A stretch of 64,000 bases of DNA from a virus. The stretch lies in the IMG/VR virus record IMGVR_UViG_3300045988_174823; one strand, 5' to 3'. The notes under the pieces were generated by a model that made no database searches, was not told where the DNA came from, and worked only from the letters and a program-made list of their open reading frames with translations. This document shows positions 26,744 through 34,445 of the stretch, one piece after another (within the stretch, counting starts at the first letter, position 1; the number at the start of each line of letters is the position of its first letter). The position numbers were made by a program, and so were the translations under genes.

Positions 26744-27007
26744 TTACCACTGGACCATCATCCGGAAATAGGCGAAATATTTCCTTGTGCGGTTCAGGCC
26801 CACAGTTTCGGTTTTGTAAACTTCATCTATCGTTACTTCGTAACCTTGTTTCTTCAAACGCTGAGCAACGTATTTCAACCTGTTGCCGTTGGCGTCTTCG
26901 TTGAAGAATTCGCGTTTCCCCCTGGCGATAGCGCGTTGGATTCCAAACTCTACGTCAGCCAATGCCAATTCGTAAATCCAATTCCCCAGCCAAAAGATCT
27001 TCGGCAA
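26744..27007 (-). CDS. hypothetical protein (no ATG start; TTG start, or fused to the upstream ORF by a frameshift)
   Basis: The 87-aa frame opens right after a TGA and its only start codon is TTG. It overlaps ORF 26955..27158 by 53 nt. Confidence 0.4.
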   Translation of the reverse strand: MPKIFWLGNWIYELALADVEFGIQRAIARGKREFFNEDANGNRLKYVAQRLKKQGYEVTIDEVYKTETVGLNRTRKYFAYFRMMVQW

Positions 27008-27158
27008 TTTCGTAATTCAGGTGGCGCTGGGCCAAGGTGGTAAGTTTACGAGCCTGGGCGGCGGTGAGTATGGGACGGAATTGCTTGTTATCGAGTTGTA
27101 CGCTGGGTGTTTGCTGTTGGCGTTCCATTTCGTGATTTTTGAGGTTTTCAACACTCAT
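26955..27158 (-). CDS. hypothetical protein
   Basis: 67-aa ORF, the first gene downstream of the large intergenic region. Confidence 0.45.
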   Translation of the reverse strand: MSVENLKNHEMERQQQTPSVQLDNKQFRPILTAAQARKLTTLAQRHLNYEIAEDLLAGELDLRIGIG

Positions 27159-27181
27159 AACGTTGGCGATGTCTTACGCTG

Positions 27182-27290
27182 GTGTGTACGCGTGTGTACG
27201 CTGGCGTGTGGGGTGCTTGGCGGCTTGCTTCTCTCGCGCGCGCGTATGTCCACACGTGTACGCGCTTGCACGCGCGTGAGGCCCCAAAGT
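27182..27290. repeat. alternating purine/pyrimidine tracts with repeated GTGTACGC(G)
   Basis: GTGTGTACGC occurs twice in tandem (27182..27201, 20 nt of perfect RY alternation). Further RY tracts follow: CGCGCGCGCGTATGT, ACACGTGTACGCGC and GCACGCGCGTG. Confidence 0.7.
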
Positions 27291-27320
27291 GTAGAGAGAA
27301 GTGTTTTTTTCTCTCTACAC
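27289..27320. other. perfect 12-bp hairpin
   Basis: GTGTAGAGAGAA - gtgttttt - TTCTCTCTACAC. Confidence 0.8.
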
Positions 27321-27328
27321 CGGGTATT

Positions 27329-27458
27329 GGGGTAAAGGAGGGGGGGATTATAGGGGGGAAGGATAGGGAAGGTTAGGAAGTAAGGGGGTGTGGGGGGAGA
27401 GAAACCTGCAGGAAGGGGAAGTAAGGGGGGAAGAAAGGGGAGGAGGAGAAGGGGGAAA
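27329..27458 (+). repeat. polypurine (G/A) tract with nine runs of four or more G
   Basis: About 130 nt is almost entirely purine on the plus strand. G-runs lie at 27329, 27340, 27353, 27384, 27392, 27415, 27425, 27437 and 27451. Confidence 0.8.
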
Positions 27459-27640
27459 CCGCCAAAAGGGCGAAAATCTCTCTAAAAAACGAGAAAAATC
27501 TCAACGACAGAAAATCGTCAAAACCAAAAACTGCCAAAGGGTGAAAACCGTCAAGAAAATCTTACAAGAAGAGCGAAACTGCCAAGACAGTCAATCAGGA
27601 AATCGCCAACAGCGAAAACCATCAACAGTCGTACAGCCCT
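27455..27640. repeat. iteron-like array of degenerate GAAAAYYGYCAA(G/C)A boxes at ~16-17-nt spacing
   Basis: GCCAA/GTCAA/TCAAC cores lie at 27461, 27500, 27517, 27533, 27550, 27581, 27590, 27605 and 27621. Five of the eight spacings between successive cores are 15-17 nt. Confidence 0.6.
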
Positions 27641-27844
27641 CTTGGCAGCCAGGCGAAGGATGAAAGACGTCGCTGGAATGTCGTGGTCGGTGCTGGTGAG
27701 GCGTTACAGCCGAGGTGAACGTGTAACATCGTTCAACATGTCGCTGCGAGGTCGTTAAGACGTTAACGCGATTTTAGACCATTTGACGAACTATCTATCC
27801 TCAGGGGACCCCGGTGTACCGGAAAAGCATTTTGCGCAGTCAAA

Positions 27845-27884
27845 CGAAAAGAAAAAGGGCCAATACAACAATTTGCATTGACCC
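27845..27884 (-). terminator. rho-independent terminator downstream of gene 27910..28908
   Basis: The minus strand has GGGTCAAT-N12-ATTGGCCC (8 bp including one G-U pair) followed by TTTTTCTTTTC. Confidence 0.6.
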
Positions 27885-27909
27885 TCTACAGACGCAAATA
27901 GCCTACGTG

Positions 27910-28908
27910 TTACGATACAGGCTTTTCGTCGGCTTTCAACACAGCTTCAGCATCAGCGACCTTGTCGTCCAGGTCCGTCACCTGAGGCTCGCTACCATCG
28001 GTGGGGACGTCAATACGCTTCAGCCCTACCTTGGACCCCAGCTCACGACCTAACATCGCAGCCAACGCCGCCATGGGGTTATCCTGGGAAGCGAAAGTGG
28101 GTTGTTCCTCTTCGTCAGGGTCAGGGATACCGTGTTCGCGACGAAAAGCCTCCGACTGAGTACGAAAACGTGCGTGGTACTCTTGTTGAATGCCGTCAGG
28201 ATTGGTACGGAGCCAACCCTCATCAGCCAGCGTGGCCAACAGCGGTACGTTGAAAGCGACCAGTTTCTCTACCAGGAACGTACCAACGCCAAACACGTTG
28301 ACCAATAGCACACCGTCGGTGCGGCGATACGTAGCGCCCATCAGGTCCTGATCTACCAACACGAACTGACCGTAGAGTTCGCGCGGATTGGTAGTGGGGA
28401 CGTGTTGAGCAATTTTCTCCACACCGATGCCGCAGTGGCCGTAACGTTCGTTGACGATCTCCAGTATCGTACGCTCGATAACGCGCCACTCCTCGTCCAG
28501 CACCGGGCCGTATTTTTCGATAGCCTTGGCGCCAAGGGCGGTGAAGTAAAGCGCATCGTCGTCAGGGCAGAACTCCATCAATCCGGCGTCGGTACATTCG
28601 TGCGACAAACGCTTGATTTCGCTGACGACCGTGGCGCCATCGCTGATAGGTATCACCGCCCTAAACGCCAGGTTGTTATCCAGGAACGTTCCCAGCCACT
28701 GACGAATTTCGCCGTAACGCGGAGCAGCCTCAGCTACGTCAGTGAAAGGCAGCGGACCCTCATCCACACGGATGATACTCGGGCGGTCGGCAGCAGCGTT
28801 GGCCGCAGCGTACAGGAACAGGACCTGAGTCTTGGTGATACGCGCTTCGTCGTTGATAGGTAACGCCTCCTGGGCGTTGAACACGGTGGTAATTACGTTT
28901 GTTTCCAT
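27910..28908 (-). CDS. hypothetical protein
   Basis: 332-aa minus-strand ORF with the A-rich leader GTACAACAAA before the ATG. Confidence 0.6.
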   Translation of the reverse strand: METNVITTVFNAQEALPINDEARITKTQVLFLYAAANAAADRPSIIRVDEGPLPFTDVAEAAPRYGEIRQWLGTFLDNNLAFRAVIPISDGATVVSEIKRLSHECTDAGLMEFCPDDDALYFTALGAKAIEKYGPVLDEEWRVIERTILEIVNERYGHCGIGVEKIAQHVPTTNPRELYGQFVLVDQDLMGATYRRTDGVLLVNVFGVGTFLVEKLVAFNVPLLATLADEGWLRTNPDGIQQEYHARFRTQSEAFRREHGIPDPDEEEQPTFASQDNPMAALAAMLGRELGSKVGLKRIDVPTDGSEPQVTDLDDKVADAEAVLKADEKPVS

Positions 28909-28947
28909 TTTGTTGTACTATGTTTTGAATGGTTTGTCTAATTTCGG

Positions 28948-29178
28948 TTATTGGGCGGCTTCCTTCTCGAATGCCCGTAGCAGTTCACGGGTGTCGGCTA
29001 TACGCTCACACAACCGACGAACTTCTTCTTCGCTGGCGTTGGCCTTAGCGCGGTTAAGTGATTTTACCTGCTCGCGATACAGGGCTACCTGTACGCGGAG
29101 AGCCTCCTTGGAATGGGTTTTAGCGTAGCCACGGGCCGTAGCCATGGCCGTGGCGCGGGTTACTCGGTTAGGTGCCAT
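28948..29178 (-). CDS. hypothetical protein
   Basis: 76-aa basic, helical-looking ORF. Confidence 0.5.
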   Translation of the reverse strand: MAPNRVTRATAMATARGYAKTHSKEALRVQVALYREQVKSLNRAKANASEEEVRRLCERIADTRELLRAFEKEAAQ

Positions 29179-29196
29179 AATTCGTTGTATTAGGGG

Positions 29197-29499
29197 TTAA
29201 ACTTCGATTTCTACTTTCTCGAACATCTGACGATCGGGGTCGAAGTCGCCAAACGTCACCCCTACGCGATACCACGCCTCGGTCGCCTCGCGGTGTGTAA
29301 TGTTATTGACCGCTATGGCGTTTCGCCGTTCGTCATGGATTATTACGTGGGCGAAGATGTTAGGATCGGGCAGCAGCTCACGTGCCATTATCAGCCGTCG
29401 CTCTTCGACTATACAGCGTTCGTTGTCGCCCATATCGCGTAGGTCGCTGTTGGCGTCGGTATTGACGATGTAAAGATTTACGCGGGTTTCAGGTTTCAT
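29197..29499 (-). CDS. hypothetical protein
   Basis: 100-aa minus-strand ORF. Confidence 0.5.
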   Translation of the reverse strand: MKPETRVNLYIVNTDANSDLRDMGDNERCIVEERRLIMARELLPDPNIFAHVIIHDERRNAIAVNNITHREATEAWYRVGVTFGDFDPDRQMFEKVEIEV

Positions 29500-29502
29500 G
29501 GC

Positions 29503-30387
29503 TTACCAGTTTTGAAGTTCGTACTCTTCGAAGCGGGCTTCGTAGTCCTCCAAGCCGAGTTCACGTAATTGAACGTTGGCGGTGCTGATGGCAGTCGTCA
29601 TCCGTCTTACGCCGGACCCGTACCTTACCATCGCCTCTTTAAGCGATTTTAGGCGGTCGTCCAACAGCAGTAGCCCCATCCACGCATATCGGACGAACTG
29701 CGGTCCCACCTCTTCGCACGAAAACCGCCCTTGATTCTCGACTGCGGTCACCAGCGTGGGTTCGTCGTTGCCGGTAACGCCACGATAGATGTGAAAAGTC
29801 AACGCCGATCGCTGGTCGATTTTACCTTCTGCGTCCACCAACCCAAACGTTACGGAGTTCTCGCTATACCGCGCCACACGCCAGTCGGCGCAGTTACGGT
29901 TCTTTTCCAGGAACTCAACCAAATCGCGGGAGAAATTATTCGTTAACTCCTCGACGGCGGCGTGATAGGTGTTAATCTTTTCACGCAGGGCTTCGTGTTC
30001 GCTCTTTCCGGCGTCGGTGGAAAGATAGCAGTGCTGGGTGTAGAAACGGAACCATTCCAGGCGAGCGTCGCGGAACAGCGACTCCATATCGTTCAGGTAT
30101 TTGACCATTTCGCGCTTTGATTTCTGGTACTCACCCACCCGGAACGAATTACCACCCATCGACTGGAATGCCAGATCGTACGCCTTTTGAGCCTCGAACG
30201 TAGGTTCGGGGTTGATGCCGGTACGACGGGCCTCAGCTTCGGTCCAGTCCTCGCGACGTTTGAAGACCTCGATGATAGCGTCCATGACGGCCTCCTTGGT
30301 TCTGAATTGGTTGATACGATACGTTTTCATCGTGCTATTTGGTTTTGCGGTTTTGACTATTTTATTCAGTGATGATTTCAGCGCCAT
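29503..30387 (-). CDS. hypothetical protein
   Basis: 294-aa minus-strand ORF. Confidence 0.55.
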   Translation of the reverse strand: MALKSSLNKIVKTAKPNSTMKTYRINQFRTKEAVMDAIIEVFKRREDWTEAEARRTGINPEPTFEAQKAYDLAFQSMGGNSFRVGEYQKSKREMVKYLNDMESLFRDARLEWFRFYTQHCYLSTDAGKSEHEALREKINTYHAAVEELTNNFSRDLVEFLEKNRNCADWRVARYSENSVTFGLVDAEGKIDQRSALTFHIYRGVTGNDEPTLVTAVENQGRFSCEEVGPQFVRYAWMGLLLLDDRLKSLKEAMVRYGSGVRRMTTAISTANVQLRELGLEDYEARFEEYELQNW

Positions 30388-30979
30388 ATTTACCTACCAA
30401 CTTGGCAGCCAGCGGAGCTGTCTTAGCGAATTCCGCAATAGCCTCCTGTGTGGTCGGCATTTTGGCTGACGAAATAATCACACGGCCAAGGTAGTCGCCG
30501 CCTTCGGTGTTAAACTGGAAGAGCCATTGTTTAGGCTCGCCACCCGATATGCGGCGAACGTAGTCAGCAGCCGATTCCTCGTTCTTGGGTTCTTCAGGCT
30601 GGATAGGCGCCTTGGCCCACTCCATCCACGCCTTATTCCACGCCGAGCGAACGAACAACATATCACCGCTACCATCACCCCACCAATCGTTACAGTGCGA
30701 AAGGTGAGCGCCAATCTGGTTACGGTTAGCGGTGCAGAGTTTCTTGTAAATTGAGCGGAACATCGTCGATACCGCACGCCCAGCGAAATGACCACCTTCG
30801 CGAGCGTCGTTGGTACAATACCCCCAAGCGCCAACGGTTTCTACCTTACCCTCTTCGTTGAGGAACTCAGTTTCGGTATCGCCCCAGGCTCCAAACAAGA
30901 AGGTATCTTTCAGGAGCTGCTGTTCTTCGGAGGTCAGGACCTTCACGATTTCGCGGATGGTTTCAACGGTTGCTTTCAT
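30362..30979 (-). CDS. hypothetical protein
   Basis: 205-aa ORF with a promoter-like motif 36 nt upstream. Confidence 0.55.
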   Translation of the reverse strand: MKATVETIREIVKVLTSEEQQLLKDTFLFGAWGDTETEFLNEEGKVETVGAWGYCTNDAREGGHFAGRAVSTMFRSIYKKLCTANRNQIGAHLSHCNDWWGDGSGDMLFVRSAWNKAWMEWAKAPIQPEEPKNEESAADYVRRISGGEPKQWLFQFNTEGGDYLGRVIISSAKMPTTQEAIAEFAKTAPLAAKLVGKYGAEIITE

Positions 30980-31014
30980 AGTTTACGAGTGTTTTAGTTT
31001 AACTTTTCCAAGAG

Positions 31015-31047
31015 CGAAGGTACGGCGAATTTCCCAAACCGCCAAGA
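31015..31047 (-). promoter_or_regulatory. promoter-like motif TTG-N20-TACCTTCG followed by CTCTTGGAAA
   Basis: The minus strand reads TCTCTTGG-N-TACCTTCGCTCTTGGAAA. It lies 36 nt upstream of the ATG at 30979. Confidence 0.55.
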
Positions 31048-31159
31048 GAATCTTGAAAATTTTTCTATTTTTACGAAGATTTTTCCAAGACCCTCGTTCT
31101 ATCAACACCAGAAGGCGTATAACGTCATCGCCAATAACGCCAATACTACCGACCAAGCC

Positions 31160-31201
31160 ATAAAATAAAGGAGGTTGGCGACCACACGGACCACCAACCT
31201 C
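31160..31201 (-). terminator. rho-independent terminator downstream of gene 31230..31613
   Basis: The minus strand has GAGGTTGG-N15-CCAACCTC (8 bp) followed by CTTTATTTTATGG. Confidence 0.6.
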
Positions 31202-31229
31202 AGTATATACGTCAACAATTTCATCGCGT

Positions 31230-31613
31230 TCAATTCTTATAAGCATCCATCAATTTATCAAACGCACGAATTCGCGGTTCAATTTCGCGCCATGGCCACC
31301 AATAGTCCTCGCCGTCTATTTGAGTACCGCCAAGAAATTCGGGGTTAAACTCTGGTATCACCAAACGGAGCCACACAGGGTTGTAGAGCGGCTTTCCATA
31401 CACAAATTGTCTAACGGCGTACCCCTTACCCTCATCGCGCAAGATATCGGCCAGCTGAAGGGTCAATTCTTCCGACTGCCACGCCGTATCATGGAACGCT
31501 ACACACATTCCCAGACCGCTGTGAGGCGAAACGTGTTTCGACTTTTCAAAATAGTCTTTTCGCGCTGCCATAATCCAACGTGCAATAACGGTTCGTTTTT
31601 CGGTGATAGTCAT
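31230..31613 (-). CDS. hypothetical protein
   Basis: 127-aa ORF with an ATGA overlap with the upstream gene. Confidence 0.55.
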   Translation of the reverse strand: MTITEKRTVIARWIMAARKDYFEKSKHVSPHSGLGMCVAFHDTAWQSEELTLQLADILRDEGKGYAVRQFVYGKPLYNPVWLRLVIPEFNPEFLGGTQIDGEDYWWPWREIEPRIRAFDKLMDAYKN

Positions 31614-32047
31614 GGTTTAAACAGCATTTTGTTACACTTAGGACAGCGGAGTAGCACCTTGGGGAGGTAGCGTTGTTCGAGTGCTCCGCGTATGAATATC
31701 CGCACCTGGTCGTGAGTTAGCACAATTCGTTCGCCACACTCACACGTCAGCGTCACCTCAACGGTGTATTTACCTTCACCAGGCTCTTCATCCAAGAACA
31801 GACGGTCGGGAAACTGGCGGAACTCCAGTACACCGTTGGCGTTGCGTGTCCACGAATTACAGCGTTCTTTACCAAACCCCATATCCATCGTGAATGCGTA
31901 CCCCTTAGTGTTGGCCAGGAATTCGGGTGTCAGATAGATCTTAACGTCGTGCGGACGCTCAGGGTCGCCGCTGGGTAAGGTGTAACACCCGTAACGGCGC
32001 ATTTCGTCACTAAGTCGCGGGTCGTCGTAGTTGCGTTCTTGGTCCAT
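31610..32047 (-). CDS. hypothetical protein with C-terminal zinc-ribbon-like Cys pairs
   Basis: 145 aa with CECGERIV ... CPKCNKM. Confidence 0.5.
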   Translation of the reverse strand: MDQERNYDDPRLSDEMRRYGCYTLPSGDPERPHDVKIYLTPEFLANTKGYAFTMDMGFGKERCNSWTRNANGVLEFRQFPDRLFLDEEPGEGKYTVEVTLTCECGERIVLTHDQVRIFIRGALEQRYLPKVLLRCPKCNKMLFKP

Positions 32048-32062
32048 ATCGTTTACGAGATT

Positions 32063-32623
32063 TCAGTTAAACAACGTTCCGTTGGCGTATTTCATCACCC
32101 AGGCAGTAGATTCTAACAGATAATCACCTTCCTTAGCCATATCCACCAGCCGCCAATATTGAGGAAATACGCGACCCGTAGGATCTTCTCCGGTAGCGGA
32201 GTTGTAACGTACTTCCATCCGGGTAGTACGAAAATCGCGGAACCCTAACCGCGCAGCACGAAAATGGTGTTCGTCCTCAGGACTGGTAAGGGTTACGGCG
32301 ATAGCGTCACACAGCGGCGCCACTTTTAACAACCCCTCTACGTCAGGAAACCCCGTGAAGAGTTTAACACGCACGTTGGCGTTGGCGGAACGGAGTTCGG
32401 TGATGACGTCAATAACGCGTTGAGGGTAGTTCATCGGTTCACCACCGATAATCTGTACCACCGTGAAGGAATCGCCCAGAGCGCGGCCAGTTGAAACACA
32501 AACCTTACCCTGCTTGGCCCACAGCTCACGCGCTGTGGATAATACTCGCACACCGTAAGCGTCAACGGGCAGTTCATCCACTATCAGGCGACATATGCGT
32601 CCTTTGTAATCCATCACTATCAC
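32063..32623 (-). CDS. hypothetical protein; radical-SAM-activase-like (NrdG/QueE-like) but lacking the CX3CX2C triad
   Basis: VDAYGVRVLST and IIGGEPMNYPQ resemble the GxR and GGEP blocks of activases. No Cys triad is present. Confidence 0.3.
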   Translation of the reverse strand: MIVMDYKGRICRLIVDELPVDAYGVRVLSTARELWAKQGKVCVSTGRALGDSFTVVQIIGGEPMNYPQRVIDVITELRSANANVRVKLFTGFPDVEGLLKVAPLCDAIAVTLTSPEDEHHFRAARLGFRDFRTTRMEVRYNSATGEDPTGRVFPQYWRLVDMAKEGDYLLESTAWVMKYANGTLFN

Positions 32624-33105
32624 TATCGGTTTTTAGTGTGTTGAAGAACACGACCTGTTTCTTCTGGCGTTTTATCCAGCCCCCGATTATAGGGTGCGTC
32701 GGCGATTTCACTGAACGGATACGGTACAGGCATCGTGTTGAGTTCGGCACGCGATGAGGGCGTTCTCCAAGCGCGTGAATAGCGACCTCTCAGCTGTTTA
32801 AGTAACGATGGCGGAATCATATCCTTTGGCGGTTCGTAAGCTGGTACGAGCAGGGTTTCGGGTTCGGGCTTAGGCGACGAGGGGTGCTTAATGCCCCTAT
32901 CCGTGTTGGCGGTGCCGATTTTAGCCTCTTTCCCGCGAAAACGGCGTAAACCCCTCCGCGATGCCGTAGAACGAACTGTAGAGATCGCCAATCCCCATTT
33001 AGCACAAAACGCTTCTACATCCATAGTGGCGTAGTTTTCTACGAGTTCCTTTAAAGCCTCACTCCCCTCACACAGCACAGCGTGTTTATCACGTAAATTA
33101 GCCAT
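32623..33105 (-). CDS. hypothetical protein
   Basis: 160-aa ORF with a possible HTH near the N-terminus (FCAKWGLAISTVRSTASRRGL). Confidence 0.5.
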   Translation of the reverse strand: MANLRDKHAVLCEGSEALKELVENYATMDVEAFCAKWGLAISTVRSTASRRGLRRFRGKEAKIGTANTDRGIKHPSSPKPEPETLLVPAYEPPKDMIPPSLLKQLRGRYSRAWRTPSSRAELNTMPVPYPFSEIADAPYNRGLDKTPEETGRVLQHTKNR

Positions 33106-33106
33106 A

Positions 33107-33364
33107 TCACAGATAGGTTAAGGTGGTGGTGTATTTAGCCCGTTCTTCGTTCAGTAGGGCCAACAGCCGATCCTCGCTACGCGACGAAGAACCTTCGTAA
33201 TGGTATTCTTCCAACACGAGTTCTACTTCGGCGTCGTTGTGAACCGGATAACCGCGTCTTCGTGCTATCAACTGGCGTTCGGTCTTGGTGCGTTGGCGAC
33301 GGACATCCTCAATTTGACGGATTATTTCGTCCTTAGTCATCACCGCGTCAGTTTTAACATCCAA
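33107..33364 (-). CDS. hypothetical protein
   Basis: 85-aa minus-strand ORF. Confidence 0.5.
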   Translation of the reverse strand: MDVKTDAVMTKDEIIRQIEDVRRQRTKTERQLIARRRGYPVHNDAEVELVLEEYHYEGSSSRSEDRLLALLNEERAKYTTTLTYL

Positions 33365-33669
33365 TCGCGGAACTGGTACGGCGCACGCGGTTCGCGTTCT
33401 ATCAGCTGGCCTGTACGTAGGTTACGAAGATGATAGGTCGGAAATTCGTCTTCGGTATCGCCGCCAACGATAAGGCACGTGTCTTCGCCCTTACCGGCAG
33501 CGTCGTACATTTCATCCAACAACCCAATAGGGTCGTCGTTAGCTTCGTCGTACACTACGCCGTACAACTCACGAAATTCTTCCTCGGTGAAGTCCACGCC
33601 AGTGTAGGCGGCTATCTCGACCCACGTCTTCACCTTTACGCGGGTGCCGATACGGTACAGCGGATTCAT
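33340..33669 (-). CDS. hypothetical protein
   Basis: 109-aa minus-strand ORF. Confidence 0.5.
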   Translation of the reverse strand: MNPLYRIGTRVKVKTWVEIAAYTGVDFTEEEFRELYGVVYDEANDDPIGLLDEMYDAAGKGEDTCLIVGGDTEDEFPTYHLRNLRTGQLIEREPRAPYQFRDWMLKLTR

Positions 33670-33827
33670 TTCTGTGCTTGATTGGTGTAATATGCCATTT
33701 GTTTTACGATTTAAGTTCTACAATCTTACGGCGTCGGCCAAATAGGCTTCAGCTCCGGTAGCGTTGGGCGTTTCAGCGCCCCACCCAGCGGCATACGCAG
33801 CAGCAATAAGAACTTCGGGAGTCATAG

Positions 33828-34019
33828 CTACCTACGATTTAAGTATTCGATAACACGATCTATCGCATACGCGCCATACCCGATAACGAGCATCCCGAAT
33901 AGTTTCACCAGCCCGTCGCCGTACCAAATCAAGTTGATACCCACAAACGCTATCACAGTGACGATTATTACTAACATCCAAACGGCGCGCTCTTCCTGCT
34001 GTTTACGATTCTTGTTCAT
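33828..34019 (-). CDS. small two-TM membrane protein
   Basis: The ATG at 34019 is 1 nt after the upstream TAA. The protein reads MNKNRKQQEERAVWMLVIIVTVIAFVGINLIWYGDGLVKLFGMLVIGYGAYAI... Confidence 0.5.
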   Translation of the reverse strand: MNKNRKQQEERAVWMLVIIVTVIAFVGINLIWYGDGLVKLFGMLVIGYGAYAIDRVIEYLNRR

Positions 34020-34020
34020 T

Positions 34021-34275
34021 TTACAGAGTCTTGAGGAGATTTTCGATAGCCTCACGACGCGTTGCGCCGTAAGCGGGGATATTGGTGTTACCTTGTGCGT
34101 CGATGATTTCAGCAGCCGACCAACGGAGTTCGTAGTTACCGCGCAGCCCCTCATCGCGAGCCCAAGAGCGGCACAGCCCCGTATTATCGTCTTCGTAAAC
34201 TACTTCGTCGCGGACCAGAACCTGGCACAGAACCTCAACTTCGAATTTTACAGTCTTTTTTACAATCGCCTTCAT
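34021..34275 (-). CDS. hypothetical protein
   Basis: The ATG at 34275 is preferred because the track start at 34296 lies only 11 nt from the -7 box. Confidence 0.5.
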   Translation of the reverse strand: MKAIVKKTVKFEVEVLCQVLVRDEVVYEDDNTGLCRSWARDEGLRGNYELRWSAAEIIDAQGNTNIPAYGATRREAIENLLKTL

Positions 34276-34306
34276 AGCTTTAGAGTTTAGTTTCATTTTC
34301 CAAGAG

Positions 34307-34337
34307 CGAAGGTAGTGTAAATCTCCAAGACTTCAAA
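34307..34337 (-). promoter_or_regulatory. promoter-like motif TTTG-N19-TACCTTCG followed by CTCTTGGAAA
   Basis: The minus strand reads TCTCTTTG-N19-TACCTTCGCTCTTGGAAA. Confidence 0.55.
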
Positions 34338-34390
34338 GAGAATCGCGAAAAATCTTCCAAGAAAAGTGAATTATTTCGTAAATCGCCAAC

Positions 34391-34425
34391 AGAAACCCCC
34401 AGCGGACGAGTTGGTCCACCGGGGG
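34391..34425 (-). terminator. terminator-like hairpin downstream of gene 34446..34997
   Basis: The minus strand has CCCCC-N20-GGGGG followed by TTTCTGTTGG. The stem is short. Confidence 0.4.
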
Positions 34426-34445
34426 CACAGATAATACAACGGTTG

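Noticed and set aside
27455-27640. CRISPR array
   Set aside because: The repeat units are only ~12-16 nt and degenerate, and they have no unique spacers of CRISPR length. No cas genes are present. An iteron-like binding-site array fits better.
27388-27663. 91-aa plus-strand ORF (MWGERNLQEGEVRGEERGGGEGG...)
   Set aside because: It is simply the translation of the polypurine tract and iteron-like array. It is G/E/R/K low-complexity sequence on the wrong strand.
30983-31246. 87-aa minus-strand ORF
   Set aside because: It spans a terminator hairpin (31171..31201) and a promoter-like motif (31015..31047). It is most likely intergenic.
33718-33825. 35-codon minus-strand ORF (MTPEVLIAAAYAAGWGAETPNATGAEAYLADAVRL) in the 33670..33827 gap
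   Set aside because: It starts 2 nt after the upstream stop, so it could be real. It is too short and has no motif or comparative support, so it is not reported as a feature.
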